NCBI GenBank assembly: GCA_040260805.1
Contig: JBDQPD010000031.1
Span: 1 to 34,082 of the forward strand
DNA length: 34,082 nucleotides
Origin: Myxococcota bacterium
GTDB lineage: Bacteria > Myxococcota > UBA4151
Direction: 5' to 3'
The position numbers were made by a program, and so were the translations under genes. Numbering within the stretch: the stretch's first letter is position 1; each line of letters begins with the position of its first letter. This document shows positions 1-11,116 of this stretch, piece by piece. The notes under the pieces are model-generated. The model was not told the origin of the DNA and did not search any database. It saw nothing but the letters and a program-made list of their open reading frames with translations.

Positions 1-2
1 AA

Positions 3-1457
<1,455 letters not shown>

Positions 1458-1473
1458 TCAAAACCCTCGGCAC

Positions 1474-1500
1474 AGCGAGGACGACTTACTCGTCCTCGCT
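1474..1500. terminator. Hairpin between convergent gyrB and gyrA (candidate bidirectional terminator or 3' stabiliser)
   Basis: Perfect 11-bp inverted repeat AGCGAGGACGA (1474-1484) / TCGTCCTCGCT (1490-1500), 5-nt loop containing the gyrA stop. An overlapping smaller hairpin (CCTCG/CGAGG, 1465-1480) is followed by GTTTT on the minus strand. Confidence 0.5.
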
Positions 1501-4167
1501 CGCCTCTTGAGGTAGCTCACTAGCCGACTCTTCATCTGAGCCCGTCGCTTCAGCCGCTGCGATGGTCGCTTCATCGACCTCCTCGCCAGCCTCGTCGAGC
1601 CCTTCATGTTGGGCTTCTTCGAGCTCCTCTTCGAGGTCTCGAAGGCCGACCGCACGCACGACCGTGATCCCCTTGGTCAGATCGATCAGGCGAACACCTT
1701 GGGTGTTGCGACCAATTCGGCTGATCTGTTCCATGCGGGTTCGCATGATCACGCCAGCGGACGTCACCATCATTAGCTCGCGGTCATCACTCGCGGCGAG
1801 GATGCCGACCAAGTCGCCATTTCGCTTACTGCACTGAATAGTGATCAAGCCTTTGCCTGCGCGTCGTTGGACACGGTACTCGCTCAGCGAGGTGCGCTTT
1901 CCGTAGCCGTTCGCCGTAATACTTAGAAGGTCCTCGCTCGATTCTGCATCGACCACAACGGCGCCCACGACCTGGTCGCCGGTGCCGAGCGTGATCCCGC
2001 GTACGCCACGTGAGCCTCGGCCCATCGAGCGGACATCGGATTCCTTGAAGCGCACCGCCATACCATTCGCTGTCGCTAAGATGATTTGGTCTGTGCCGTG
2101 GCTAAGTCGAACGAACTTCAGGCGATCGCCCTCTTCAACAACGAGCGCTTTGAGACCCACGGAGCGTGGTCGGGCATAAGCCATGAGCGGCGTCTTTTTG
2201 ATCCGACCGCGTTCTGTGACGGTGATCAGATAACGATCATCCAAGAACTTATGAACGGGCAAAATAGCGCAGATCTGTTCGTCTTGACCCATGTGCTCGA
2301 GCAGGTTGACGATCGGCCGCCCCTTGGCGTTGGCGCCAGACTCTGGGAGCTGGTGGACCTTCATCTGATAACAGACGCCGCGGGTCGTAAAGACCAGCAG
2401 GCGGCTATGATTTTTTGCCACAAAGAGGTGCTCGACTGCGTCCTCTTCTTTGGTCGACATGCCCGTCTTTCCGCGTCCGCCGCGTCGCTGCGTGCGGTAG
2501 GTGTCTAAGGCTGTTCGCTTGATGTACCCTGCGCCCGAAACGGTCACCACCATGGGGTGGTTCGGGATCAGGTCTTCGGCATTGAAATCCTTCGATATTT
2601 CTTGGATTTCAGTGCGGCGCTCGTCGCCGAAGTCAGCCAGCACTGAGACCAGGTCTTCTTTGATCACCGCGAGCAGCTCTCGCACATCCCCAAGGATATT
2701 GAGTAATCGCTCAACGGTCGCTCGGATCTGTTCGAGCTCTTCGAGGATCTTCTCGCGTTCCATCCCCGTGAGGCGCTGTAAGCGCATCTCAAGGATGGCT
2801 TTAGCCTGTAGATGCGACAAAGCGAAGCGGTCTTGAAGGCCTGCGCTGGCTTCATCCGTCGTCCGGCTGGCGCGGATCAAAGCGATCACCTCATCGATGT
2901 TATCAAGGGCGATCACAAAGCCCTCTAAGATGTGCTCTCGCTCACGTGCTTTACGCAGCTCGAAGCGGCAGCGACGGCTAACGACGTCGCGGCGGTGAGC
3001 AATAAAGGCGTCGATGAGGTCGGCGAGCGTGCAAATTTTCGGTCGATTCTGATCGATGCCGAGCAGCGTCATGCCGAAACTGCTTTGCAAGCGGGTTTGT
3101 TTGAACAAGGCGTTCAAGACGACCTCTTTGATGGCGTCGCGCTTGAGCTCAATGACCAAGCGCATGCCTTTGCGATCACTTTCGTCGCGTAGATCAGAGA
3201 TGCCCAGCAGCTTCTTGTCTTTGACCAGGCCAGCAATTCGCTCGATCTCGCGTGCCTTGTTCACCTGGTAAGGCAGCTCATCAATGACGATGCGCCAGCG
3301 ATCGTTTGGCATCGGCTCAAAGTCGGCGCGCGCCCGAACATGAACAATACCGCGCCCTGTTCGGTAAGCCTGCTGAGCGCCCGAAGCGCTGCAGAGGATG
3401 CCACCGGTAGGGAAGTCGGGTGCAGGCACATGAGCGATCAACTCATCAATGCTGCACTGGGGGTTATCAATGCGATGTAGGGTCGCGTTGATGACTTCGG
3501 TCATATTGTGCGGCGGGATTCGGGTCGCCATGCCCACCGCAATACCTTCAGAGCCATTGACCAGTAGGTTGGGGAAGCGAGCGGGGAGGACGAGGGGCTC
3601 TTGGAGGCTCTCATCGTAGTTCGGTCCAAAATCGACCGTTTCCTTTTCGATGTCGGACATCAGATAGCTAGCGAGCTTGGTCATGCGCGCTTCGGTGTAG
3701 CGCATCGCCGCGGCGGAGTCGCCGTCAACTGAGCCGAAGTTTCCTTGGCCATCAACGAGGAGGTAGCGCAGCGAAAAGCTTTGGGCCATTCGGACCATCG
3801 TATCATAAACCGCCGAATCGCCGTGCGGGTGATACTTACCGATGACGTCGCCGACGACACGAGCAGACTTTTTGTACGGACGATTCCAGGTGTTGCTAAG
3901 ATCTTGCATCGCAAACAAAACGCGGCGGTGAACCGGCTTGAGCCCGTCGCGAATATCGGGGAGCGCTCGGCCCACGATGACCGACATCGAATACTCGAGA
4001 TACGATTTGCGCATCTCATCTTCGATGGTGACCATACTGACCCGACCAGCGTCACCGCCGCCGCCGTCATCTGAGCCTGTCGGTGTGTCGGTGTTTCCAC
4101 CGTCAATTCCGTCAGTTTGGGTGGGTTCTTCGTTTTCGTTTTCGGGCTCGATGATCTCGTCGCTCAT
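1486..4167 (-). CDS. gyrA: DNA gyrase subunit A
   Basis: [29 protein letters not shown], catalytic AAMRYTE. GyrA-box QRRGGRG plus an acidic C-tail favour GyrA over ParC. Start placed at ATG 4167 (AGGAGAG just upstream) rather than 4191. Confidence 0.97.
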   Translation of the reverse strand: MSDEIIEPENENEEPTQTDGIDGGNTDTPTGSDDGGGGDAGRVSMVTIEDEMRKSYLEYSMSVIVGRALPDIRDGLKPVHRRVLFAMQDLSNTWNRPYKKSARVVGDVIGKYHPHGDSAVYDTMVRMAQSFSLRYLLVDGQGNFGSVDGDSAAAMRYTEARMTKLASYLMSDIEKETVDFGPNYDESLQEPLVLPARFPNLLVNGSEGIAVGMATRIPPHNMTEVINATLHRIDNPQCSIDELIAHVPAPDFPTGGILCSASGAQQAYRTGRGIVHVRARADFEPMPNDRWRIVIDELPYQVNKAREIERIAGLVKDKKLLGISDLRDESDRKGMRLVIELKRDAIKEVVLNALFKQTRLQSSFGMTLLGIDQNRPKICTLADLIDAFIAHRRDVVSRRCRFELRKAREREHILEGFVIALDNIDEVIALIRASRTTDEASAGLQDRFALSHLQAKAILEMRLQRLTGMEREKILEELEQIRATVERLLNILGDVRELLAVIKEDLVSVLADFGDERRTEIQEISKDFNAEDLIPNHPMVVTVSGAGYIKRTALDTYRTQRRGGRGKTGMSTKEEDAVEHLFVAKNHSRLLVFTTRGVCYQMKVHQLPESGANAKGRPIVNLLEHMGQDEQICAILPVHKFLDDRYLITVTERGRIKKTPLMAYARPRSVGLKALVVEEGDRLKFVRLSHGTDQIILATANGMAVRFKESDVRSMGRGSRGVRGITLGTGDQVVGAVVVDAESSEDLLSITANGYGKRTSLSEYRVQRRAGKGLITIQCSKRNGDLVGILAASDDRELMMVTSAGVIMRTRMEQISRIGRNTQGVRLIDLTKGITVVRAVGLRDLEEELEEAQHEGLDEAGEEVDEATIAAAEATGSDEESASELPQEASEDE

Positions 4168-4390
4168 CACGCTCTCCTGGGTCTGGCCCATCTTTCTAAA
4201 CCAAGCTGATTAAAGGTCAAGCGCTTTCGCGTACGCGAGAGCGCCTGCGCGCGCACACGAGCACGTGCGCGTGAGGGTGATGCTTCTTTCGTTTGTTTGC
4301 GTGCTCGGATACGATGCATTGAATGGTCGTGGTTGCGGCCTCCCTCCGGCTACCCTAAGAGCCAGAGCGAAGTCTAAAAGAGATGATCTG

Positions 4391-5479
4391 ATGACATTGA
4401 CCGAAGCTACCGTACGAGAAGCGCTCAAGGGCGTTAATGACCCTGAGATTGGTAAAGATCTCGTGGCGCTAAATATGGTGGGCGAGATCTCTATTGACGG
4501 ACCATCCGTTCAAGTTCGAATCGATTTGACCACGCCGGCGTGCCCGCTCAAGGGTAAAATCCAAGGTGATATCGAAGAGGCGCTCTTAGCGGTTGGCGCA
4601 CAGAGCGTTAGCATTGACTGGGGCGTTCAGATGGCGTCGCAGGTTCATAGCGAGCAGAGCTTGGTCCCTGGCGTGCGTTACGTGATCGCTGTCGGCGCCG
4701 GTAAAGGTGGCGTGGGCAAGTCAACGGTTGCGGTCAACCTGGCTGCGGGTTTGTCGAGAAGCGGCGCTCGAGTGGGTTTGTTGGATGCGGATATTTACGG
4801 TCCGTCCATCCCAACGATGATGGGCCTAAACGAAAAGCCGCAGGCTGGAGCGGATAAGAAGATCCTGCCGATGCAGGCGCACGGGATGAAGGTCATCTCG
4901 ATGGGCTCTTTTGTCGACGACGAAGCCGCCTTGGTGTGGCGTGGTCCGATGCTCAATAAGGCGCTAAGGCAGTTCTTCGCCGATGTTCGCTGGGGCGATC
5001 TGGATTATCTGGTTGTCGATTTACCTCCTGGCACGGGTGATGTTCCTTTGAGTATCGCTCAGATGGTGACCGTGGGCGCCGCGGTGATTGTGACCACGCC
5101 GCAGGATGTAGCGGTCGCTGACGTGCTGCGCGCCAAGACCATGTTTGATACGCTAAAGATTCCGGTCGCGGGATTGATTGAAAATATGGCTGGCTTTACG
5201 CCTCCCGGCGGGGGGGAACCGATCCCTGTGTTTGGGCAAGGTGGCGGTGAAAAGGCAGCCAAACGACTCAATGTTCCGCTGATCGGAGAACTCCCGATCG
5301 ATCCGAGAATGTCGAATCAGGGCGACGAGGGAACGCCTATGGTTTTAGCGGATCCGCAAAGTGATATTGCGCTTAAGTTGCTTGAATTAGCACAAAATGT
5401 GGCGGGTCGATTGAGCGTGCTCGCAATGCAACGTAGCGCTCAAGATAGCGGCGGTAGTATTCAGGTTGATCGCACCTAG
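4391..5479 (+). CDS. mrp: Mrp/ApbC/NBP35-family P-loop ATPase with N-terminal DUF59-like domain
   Basis: N-terminal VNDPEIG...LTTPACP, deviant Walker A GKGGVGKST, DADIYGPS, WRGPM, DLPPGTGD, TTPQ, ENM. Start moved to ATG 4391. Confidence 0.93.
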   Translation: MTLTEATVREALKGVNDPEIGKDLVALNMVGEISIDGPSVQVRIDLTTPACPLKGKIQGDIEEALLAVGAQSVSIDWGVQMASQVHSEQSLVPGVRYVIAVGAGKGGVGKSTVAVNLAAGLSRSGARVGLLDADIYGPSIPTMMGLNEKPQAGADKKILPMQAHGMKVISMGSFVDDEAALVWRGPMLNKALRQFFADVRWGDLDYLVVDLPPGTGDVPLSIAQMVTVGAAVIVTTPQDVAVADVLRAKTMFDTLKIPVAGLIENMAGFTPPGGGEPIPVFGQGGGEKAAKRLNVPLIGELPIDPRMSNQGDEGTPMVLADPQSDIALKLLELAQNVAGRLSVLAMQRSAQDSGGSIQVDRT

Positions 5480-8400
5480 CGATAATCGTGGCTGGGCACG
5501 GGAGCGACCTGCGCATCCCATTCCGGCTCCCATAATCGATGGACAATAAGGTGCGTGATTGCCCCTTCTCGCTGAACCCTGCCTGATGCTGCGAGGATGG
5601 CAGACCCGCGCAAGAAGCGCTTGAAGCGCTCTGCTGTTTGTTTCCAGATGACCAAGTTGATAAAGCCCGTCTCGTCTTCAAGGGTCACAAAGGTCACTCC
5701 GGAGGCGGTGCTAGGGCGCTGTCGGCAGATCACGAGTCCGACACTGCTGACGCGGCTCTGGTGGGTGCTTTGTGCCAACCCAGAGGCGCTGAGAAAACCT
5801 TGTTGATCGCAAGAGGTCCTGAGCAGCGCAAAGGGGTGCCCTCGCGTGCTGTGCGCGCTGCGCCTTTGGTCCCAAGCGATGCGTTCGATAGCGTTCAAAT
5901 CAGGTAGCTCATCCGGTGCTTGTGCCTCGCTTAAGACCAGCGTCTCGCCACGGCTAAGCCCTGGATCGCTGAGCTGCCAAAGCACGGACCGCCGAGGACC
6001 AAAGACTTCGAAGGCTCCCGCTTCGGCGAGAGACTCCAAAACCGTTCGCTTGAGCCTTAGCCGGCGTGCGTACTGAGCTAGCGATTCATGATCAAGGCGG
6101 GGTGAAGGAGGGTCGAGCTCAAGGCGCTCACGTGGTCCTAAGCCTTTGATCGTTCTAAACCCCATACGAAGAGCGGTTCTACCGTCTTTGAGTTCGAGGT
6201 CGCAGTCCCAGCGTGAGTATCGAATATCGACGGGGAGCACATCGACACCCTCACGCTGTGCGCCATAAACAAGGCTTGAGGTGCTGTAGAACCCCATCGG
6301 CTGAGCGTTGATCAGTGCGGCATAAAAATGCGCTGGCGCATGTTTTTTGAGAAAGGCGGTCGCATAGCTGATCAGCGCAAAGCTGATGGCGTGACTCTCT
6401 GGGAACCCGTATTCGCCAAAGCCTTTGATTTGTTCATAGACCCGCTCGGCAAAAGCGCTGCTGATTCCTTTATTGATCATCCTTTCGATTAAGCGACCCT
6501 TATGCCTTTCGATGCGCCCAGAGCTTTTCCACGCCGCCATGTCTCGTCTTAATTGATCCGCTTCACCGGGGCTGTAATCGGCTGCGACCATGGCAATGCG
6601 CATGACTTGTTCTTGGAACAGCGGCACCCCCAGGGTGCGTGTGAGGATGGGCTCAAGACTTGGGTGTGGGTAAACAATGGGCTCAATACCATCTCGCCGC
6701 CTGAGGTAAGGATGGACCATATCCCCTGAGATCGGGCCGGGGCGAATGATCGCTATCTCGACGACGAGGTCATAAAACCGCTTGGGCTTGAGGCGCGGCA
6801 GCATGTTCATTTGGGCGCGTGATTCGATCTGAAAGACGCCTAGGGAGTCCGCTTCGCTGAGCATCGCATAGGTGTCGGGGTCGTCAGCAGGCAGTCGAGC
6901 CAACATGTCGTGGTCTTTAGGTCTTATGATGTCCTTAAAGCGAACAGGTGGGTAGCGCCTAATCAGATCGAAACACCGCTGGAGCTGGCTCAGCATGCCC
7001 AGCCCGAGCAGGTCCACCTTGAACAGCCCAAGGGTCTCAATATCTTGCTTGTCCCACTGGATGACCGTGCGCCCCTTCATCGCCGCCTTGGTGATGGGGA
7101 CCAGCGCATCAACGGGTTCGTGACCCAGCAAGAATCCACCAGGGTGAATTGAGCGGTGCCGAGGGGTGTCGATCATTTGTTCGGCTAGGCGCACCCAAGT
7201 TTTATGATGGGCTTGATCGGCGTCGAGCTGTGCAGCCTCAAAGGCTGAGCGGGGGATTTCTCGGCGATGGCCTCCCGCCATTTTAGCGAGCTTATCAATA
7301 GACTTTTGAGTTATATTAAGTACTTTTCCGGAGTCTCTTATAGCTGATTTCATTCTATAACGTACGTTTACAGACACCATAGCCGCATACCGTCGACCGT
7401 ACTTTTGATAGACGTATTGTATCACCTCTTCTCGTCGTTCGTGGGCGATATCGAGATCAATATCAGGAGGCTCTCGCCGCTCTTGAGATAAGAAACGCTC
7501 AAATAAGAGGTCGTGCTGCATGGGGTCGACCGCCGTGATTTCCAGGCAAAAGCACAGCGCTGAGTTCGCCGCGGAGCCTCGTCCTTGGCACAATATTTCC
7601 TGCTCTTTGCAGAAGCGAACGATCTCCCACATCGTGAGAAAATAACCTTCGTATTCAAGGGAGCCTACCAACTCGAGCTCTTTATTGAGCTGCTGAATCA
7701 CCTTGCTTGGAACGCTCGAGCGGTAGCGTTTAGCGGCCCCGGCTCGAGCGAGTTCAGCTAGGTATTGTATCCCGCTCATCCCTTTAGGGAGCTGCTCGTA
7801 AGGGTACCGATAACGCAAAGAAAACAGATCAAATTGACACCGCCTAGCGATCTCAATGCTTTGTTCGAGCCACCCAGGGTGCTGCCTGAATCGATCCCTA
7901 AATCCAGCGAAGGACTCCAGCGCATGTTCATTGTTGCGACGTAGTTTGGTCCCTGCCTCTTCCAGGGTGCATTGCGCGCGAACGCAGCTTAAAATATCGC
8001 TTAGCTGCTGCCGGTCTGGATGATGATAAAGGTGCTCATTTGCAGCGACGATGGGCAAAGAGAAACGCCTGGACCGCTCGATTAAAAGTTTTTTCCTTTG
8101 CCGCTCTATGGGGTGTCGATGGTTGCTAATCCGCATGAATAGACGGTCTTTAAACGCTTCTTTTAACGCATCGATATCAGCCTGAAGGATTGGGGTTTTT
8201 GCGCCCATCCATCCGTCGTCGCCGCCAATGAGCGCAAAGCATCCTTGAGCAGCATCACAGACCGATTGGTTGTCGATACAGGGCGACCCTTGGGTTGAGT
8301 TTTGGTGCGCCTTACTGAGCAACTGAGTGAGCTTTGCGTAGCCACCCCTATCTTGAGCCAGAAGGGTCATCCGTCGTTGATTTGGAAGGGTGAGCTCGGC

Positions 8401-8595
8401 GCCGTAGATGAGTTTGATCCCAGCGCGCCTCGCCGCCGCCGCGGCGCGGGGGGCTCCGCCAACGCTGTCGCGGTCGGTCAGCGCGATCGTGTCGAGCCCG
8501 AGCGCCTTGGCTTGGTCAATGCATTCTTCAGGATGAGAGGCGCCCTCAAGGAGTGAAAAGTGACTCTTACACCAAAGCGGCACATAGCCCTTCAC
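5476..8595 (-). CDS. dnaE2: Error-prone DNA polymerase DnaE2 (ImuC)
   Basis: PHP domain (SHFSLLEGAS, TDRD), GRGSAANS, catalytic PPDIDLD and KVDLLGLG, YGFPESHA, OB fold (FVTLEDETG), DnaE2-type C-terminal SHDYR. GTG start at 8595 overlaps the imuB TAG stop. Confidence 0.96.
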   Translation of the reverse strand: MKGYVPLWCKSHFSLLEGASHPEECIDQAKALGLDTIALTDRDSVGGAPRAAAAARRAGIKLIYGAELTLPNQRRMTLLAQDRGGYAKLTQLLSKAHQNSTQGSPCIDNQSVCDAAQGCFALIGGDDGWMGAKTPILQADIDALKEAFKDRLFMRISNHRHPIERQRKKLLIERSRRFSLPIVAANEHLYHHPDRQQLSDILSCVRAQCTLEEAGTKLRRNNEHALESFAGFRDRFRQHPGWLEQSIEIARRCQFDLFSLRYRYPYEQLPKGMSGIQYLAELARAGAAKRYRSSVPSKVIQQLNKELELVGSLEYEGYFLTMWEIVRFCKEQEILCQGRGSAANSALCFCLEITAVDPMQHDLLFERFLSQERREPPDIDLDIAHERREEVIQYVYQKYGRRYAAMVSVNVRYRMKSAIRDSGKVLNITQKSIDKLAKMAGGHRREIPRSAFEAAQLDADQAHHKTWVRLAEQMIDTPRHRSIHPGGFLLGHEPVDALVPITKAAMKGRTVIQWDKQDIETLGLFKVDLLGLGMLSQLQRCFDLIRRYPPVRFKDIIRPKDHDMLARLPADDPDTYAMLSEADSLGVFQIESRAQMNMLPRLKPKRFYDLVVEIAIIRPGPISGDMVHPYLRRRDGIEPIVYPHPSLEPILTRTLGVPLFQEQVMRIAMVAADYSPGEADQLRRDMAAWKSSGRIERHKGRLIERMINKGISSAFAERVYEQIKGFGEYGFPESHAISFALISYATAFLKKHAPAHFYAALINAQPMGFYSTSSLVYGAQREGVDVLPVDIRYSRWDCDLELKDGRTALRMGFRTIKGLGPRERLELDPPSPRLDHESLAQYARRLRLKRTVLESLAEAGAFEVFGPRRSVLWQLSDPGLSRGETLVLSEAQAPDELPDLNAIERIAWDQRRSAHSTRGHPFALLRTSCDQQGFLSASGLAQSTHQSRVSSVGLVICRQRPSTASGVTFVTLEDETGFINLVIWKQTAERFKRFLRGSAILAASGRVQREGAITHLIVHRLWEPEWDAQVAPVPSHDYR

Positions 8596-9872
8596 TAGGC
8601 TACCCAGCCGATTAGCCACCAGGTCTTCGTCTGGTGATCGTGGAGCAGCCAAAGCACGCGCCCGCTTTGGACGCGCACGAGGTATTCATCCTCGATTTGG
8701 GGTGTTCGCCACCATTTGTGCTGGAGGGGGTAGGGCCCCCCAATGGAGGTGACGCGCTCTCCAAGCAAAGACCATCCACGACCGGACCGTGGCCCTTCGA
8801 CGCGACGGGGCTCAGCGAGTAAACGTCGCACCCAGGAGGTCTTTTGGGGTGCCATTTTCGGTGCCGGCCAGCCGCCTTCATGGGCAACCCAGCGCACGGT
8901 CTCTTTGGGGTGATGCCGGTCCCGTCTTTGGGCGATAAAGACGTGCTCTTCGCCAAGCTCTGCTCGTACCCGATCGAGCGCTTCATCGCCTCGTCGGTTG
9001 TCTCGCTTCCCGGTCTTAAACAGCCCGAGTTGTTCTTGGCTCGCTTCGGTCGACCGAATTCTCAGCAGGGCGCTGTGGATCGGCGCGCTGAGTTGCTCAG
9101 ATTCGAGCTTGAGTCGCAACAAGTCCATCAAGGACTCACCGTTGAGGCTTGGTCGAGCGGGTCGTAAAGACCAGCTCAGCGTTGCGTGACCTTGAGTCTT
9201 TGCTTGAAGCTCTAGCTCGACGCAGGCCAAGCCCTGCGCAGAGAGGGTTTTAAGTGTCTGTTCTAGCTCTGTTTTGGCAAGAAACAACAAGGGCTCAAGC
9301 TGGTCGATTTGATCCTCTATTAATAGCGGTCGTAGGGTATCTTGTCTGGAGGTGACTTGGTCCCAGTTAGGGAGTTCACCTCTGAGGAGCTTGAGGCGTT
9401 TACGCAGTGTTTTTCCATAGCGTGACTCGAGGGCATGCCGAGGGAGTCGTTTGAGATCTCTTAGATGCGTTAAGCCGAGCCGGATCAGGCTTTGGTCGGT
9501 TGATGCGCCGAGCCCGAGGCTTTGGATCGGCAGCCCCTCAAGAGCGCCGTGTTGATGCGCTTTATCGATCATCAAATACTGACCGTTAGTCAGCCGTTGA
9601 GCTAAGAGGGCTGCGGCATAAGGGCTGCAACCCCAGACGGCGCAAGCGTCCCAGTTATGACCTTTGAGGTGTTCGATTAAGCGTGCGGTGAAAGCCGCCG
9701 TGGAAAGTCCCTTGATCGGTTGACCTGCAGCCTCAACCCAGAGCGTAGAGGGCAGCTCGTGCCACTGGGTAACCAGAGGGCTAAACTGACTTAGGGAGCG
9801 AGCAAGCGCCTCTGTGGGCGGAGGGCCGCTGTGCTCATCCCAGATAATATTAAGGGCAACCGGGCACCGCAT
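8595..9872 (-). CDS. imuB: ImuB, inactive Y-family polymerase-like scaffold
   Basis: Lies between imuA and dnaE2. HhH-like LIRLGLTHLRDL, beta-clamp motif QLGLF, RecA-NT-like LDRVRAELGEEHV, C-terminal GPYPLQHKWW...LWLLHD...WWLIGW. Confidence 0.88.
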   Translation of the reverse strand: MRCPVALNIIWDEHSGPPPTEALARSLSQFSPLVTQWHELPSTLWVEAAGQPIKGLSTAAFTARLIEHLKGHNWDACAVWGCSPYAAALLAQRLTNGQYLMIDKAHQHGALEGLPIQSLGLGASTDQSLIRLGLTHLRDLKRLPRHALESRYGKTLRKRLKLLRGELPNWDQVTSRQDTLRPLLIEDQIDQLEPLLFLAKTELEQTLKTLSAQGLACVELELQAKTQGHATLSWSLRPARPSLNGESLMDLLRLKLESEQLSAPIHSALLRIRSTEASQEQLGLFKTGKRDNRRGDEALDRVRAELGEEHVFIAQRRDRHHPKETVRWVAHEGGWPAPKMAPQKTSWVRRLLAEPRRVEGPRSGRGWSLLGERVTSIGGPYPLQHKWWRTPQIEDEYLVRVQSGRVLWLLHDHQTKTWWLIGWVA

Positions 9873-10452
9873 CGTAACGCTCTTTAACTTGCCATAAATT
9901 GGATTGGTTTCGATCTCGCATGGCGGTCAGTCGTTGCTCGCCAGCAGGGTCATACTCAGCCTTAGCGACTAGGGAGATCGCTGCATCGTGATGTGGAGCA
10001 TCACACAGTATGAGCGCAGCCATACGGTGCTGCTCAGCGTGGTTCGCAAGTCGGCGTAGCATCGCTCGGTGGGGGATTTTTTCGCTGTCGACGACTACCA
10101 GCCCGACGCCGCCAGTCCTGGCGATAAGATCAGCAGCCCTACCCAGTTTGTGGTGCTGGGAAAGGCGAATAAGGATCAGGCTTTCTAATGCGACCCCAGC
10201 TGCTTCTAGATCGGGCCCATAGGGTTCAAAACCTCGCTCGACAAGCCAGGCAGAGGGTTCGCTGTGGCGTTGCGCGGCGGCGGTGATCGCTGCCGCTGCG
10301 CTCACGCGGCCGTTCCCGCACAGGAGCGTCAGGCGTCCAAGGAGAGCGCTGAGCCCCCAGGGTTGGTCTGATGGGGAAGGCCGAACCCTGAGTTCGCTGC
10401 CGCGTTTGATGCCAGCACGCAGAAGCTCAAGCCGGCTAAGAGGACTAGCCAT
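9850..10452 (-). CDS. imuA: ImuA, truncated RecA-like protein
   Basis: RecA-like segments (GRLTLLCG, degenerate Walker A GNGRVS, DLEAAGVALESL, GLVVVDS, RRLANHAEQ); overlaps lexA and imuB. Confidence 0.82.
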   Translation of the reverse strand: MASPLSRLELLRAGIKRGSELRVRPSPSDQPWGLSALLGRLTLLCGNGRVSAAAAITAAAQRHSEPSAWLVERGFEPYGPDLEAAGVALESLILIRLSQHHKLGRAADLIARTGGVGLVVVDSEKIPHRAMLRRLANHAEQHRMAALILCDAPHHDAAISLVAKAEYDPAGEQRLTAMRDRNQSNLWQVKERYDAVPGCP

Positions 10453-11068
10453 CAGTGCTTGGTATTCCTTCTAGGTAACGATGAACTTCGGTGACTACAC
10501 CCAGCAGATTTAAGTCCCCTTCTGTAATTTCAATTGGTTCAAAGTCAGGGTTTTCTGGCGTGAGTTTGATGCTTTTAGGTTTGATTTCGAGTCTTTTCAC
10601 GGTCGCTTCGTCCTCGATCATCGCGACGACGATCGCCCCGTGTCGAGCGACTGATGCGCGACGAACCAGCAAGAGATCTCCGGGGTGGATTCCTGCTCCG
10701 CTCATGCTCTGGCCTTTGACTCGGAGCAGAAAGTGCTCGTCGTTAGGATGGCGTAAGGGGAGATCCAAAAATCCGTCGGGGTCTTCTAACGCCGTCGTCA
10801 GTTGACCGGCTTGTACTGAGCCTAGAATCGGAACCGACTGTCGCTTGAGCGATTTATGCCTGGGCAGTGAATACCCGCGCGCTTGGCCGCTGAGTTGATT
10901 TAATTCCCCTGAATCAACCAGCGCCTTTAGGTGCTGACGAGCGCTCTCAACCGCAGCAAAGTCAAAAGCTTCTTGAACCTCTCGGACGGTTGGGGGCTGC
11001 CCCTGTCGGATCCTTCTTTCGACGTAAGCGAGAATACGTTTTCGGAGCTGAATGGTGGCGGCGCGCAT
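10445..11068 (-). CDS. lexA: LexA repressor
   Basis: wHTH (PPTVREV...SARQHLKAL), Ala-Gly cleavage site in VQAG, catalytic Ser (GQSM) and Lys (EATVKRL). ATG 11068 has GGAGA upstream; the ORF-track start at 11083 lies inside the operator. Confidence 0.95.
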   Translation of the reverse strand: MRAATIQLRKRILAYVERRIRQGQPPTVREVQEAFDFAAVESARQHLKALVDSGELNQLSGQARGYSLPRHKSLKRQSVPILGSVQAGQLTTALEDPDGFLDLPLRHPNDEHFLLRVKGQSMSGAGIHPGDLLLVRRASVARHGAIVVAMIEDEATVKRLEIKPKSIKLTPENPDFEPIEITEGDLNLLGVVTEVHRYLEGIPSTDG

Positions 11069-11077
11069 GGTTTCTCC

Positions 11078-11089
11078 AGACATATGTCT
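11078..11089. promoter_or_regulatory. Candidate LexA operator 1 (AGACATATGTCT)
   Basis: Perfect 12-bp palindrome overlapping the -10 element and the predicted transcription start. Confidence 0.78.
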
Positions 11090-11116
11090 TATAAAACAGA
11101 CATATGTCTAATTCAA
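11088..11116 (-). promoter_or_regulatory. Sigma70-type promoter of lexA-imuA-imuB-dnaE2
   Basis: Minus strand TTGAAT (11116-11111), 17-bp spacer, TATAAG (11093-11088). Confidence 0.7.
11098..11109. promoter_or_regulatory. Candidate LexA operator 2 (AGACATATGTCT)
   Basis: Identical palindrome 20 bp from the first, inside the -35/-10 spacer. Confidence 0.78.

Noticed and set aside
3790..3840. Quinolone-resistance substitutions in GyrA
   Set aside because: HGDSAVYD retains the Ser83 and Asp87 equivalents.
1486..4191. Possibility that the topoisomerase pair is parE/parC
   Set aside because: The GyrA-box (QRRGGRG), full C-terminal pinwheel, acidic tail and GyrB-type insertion all indicate gyrase.
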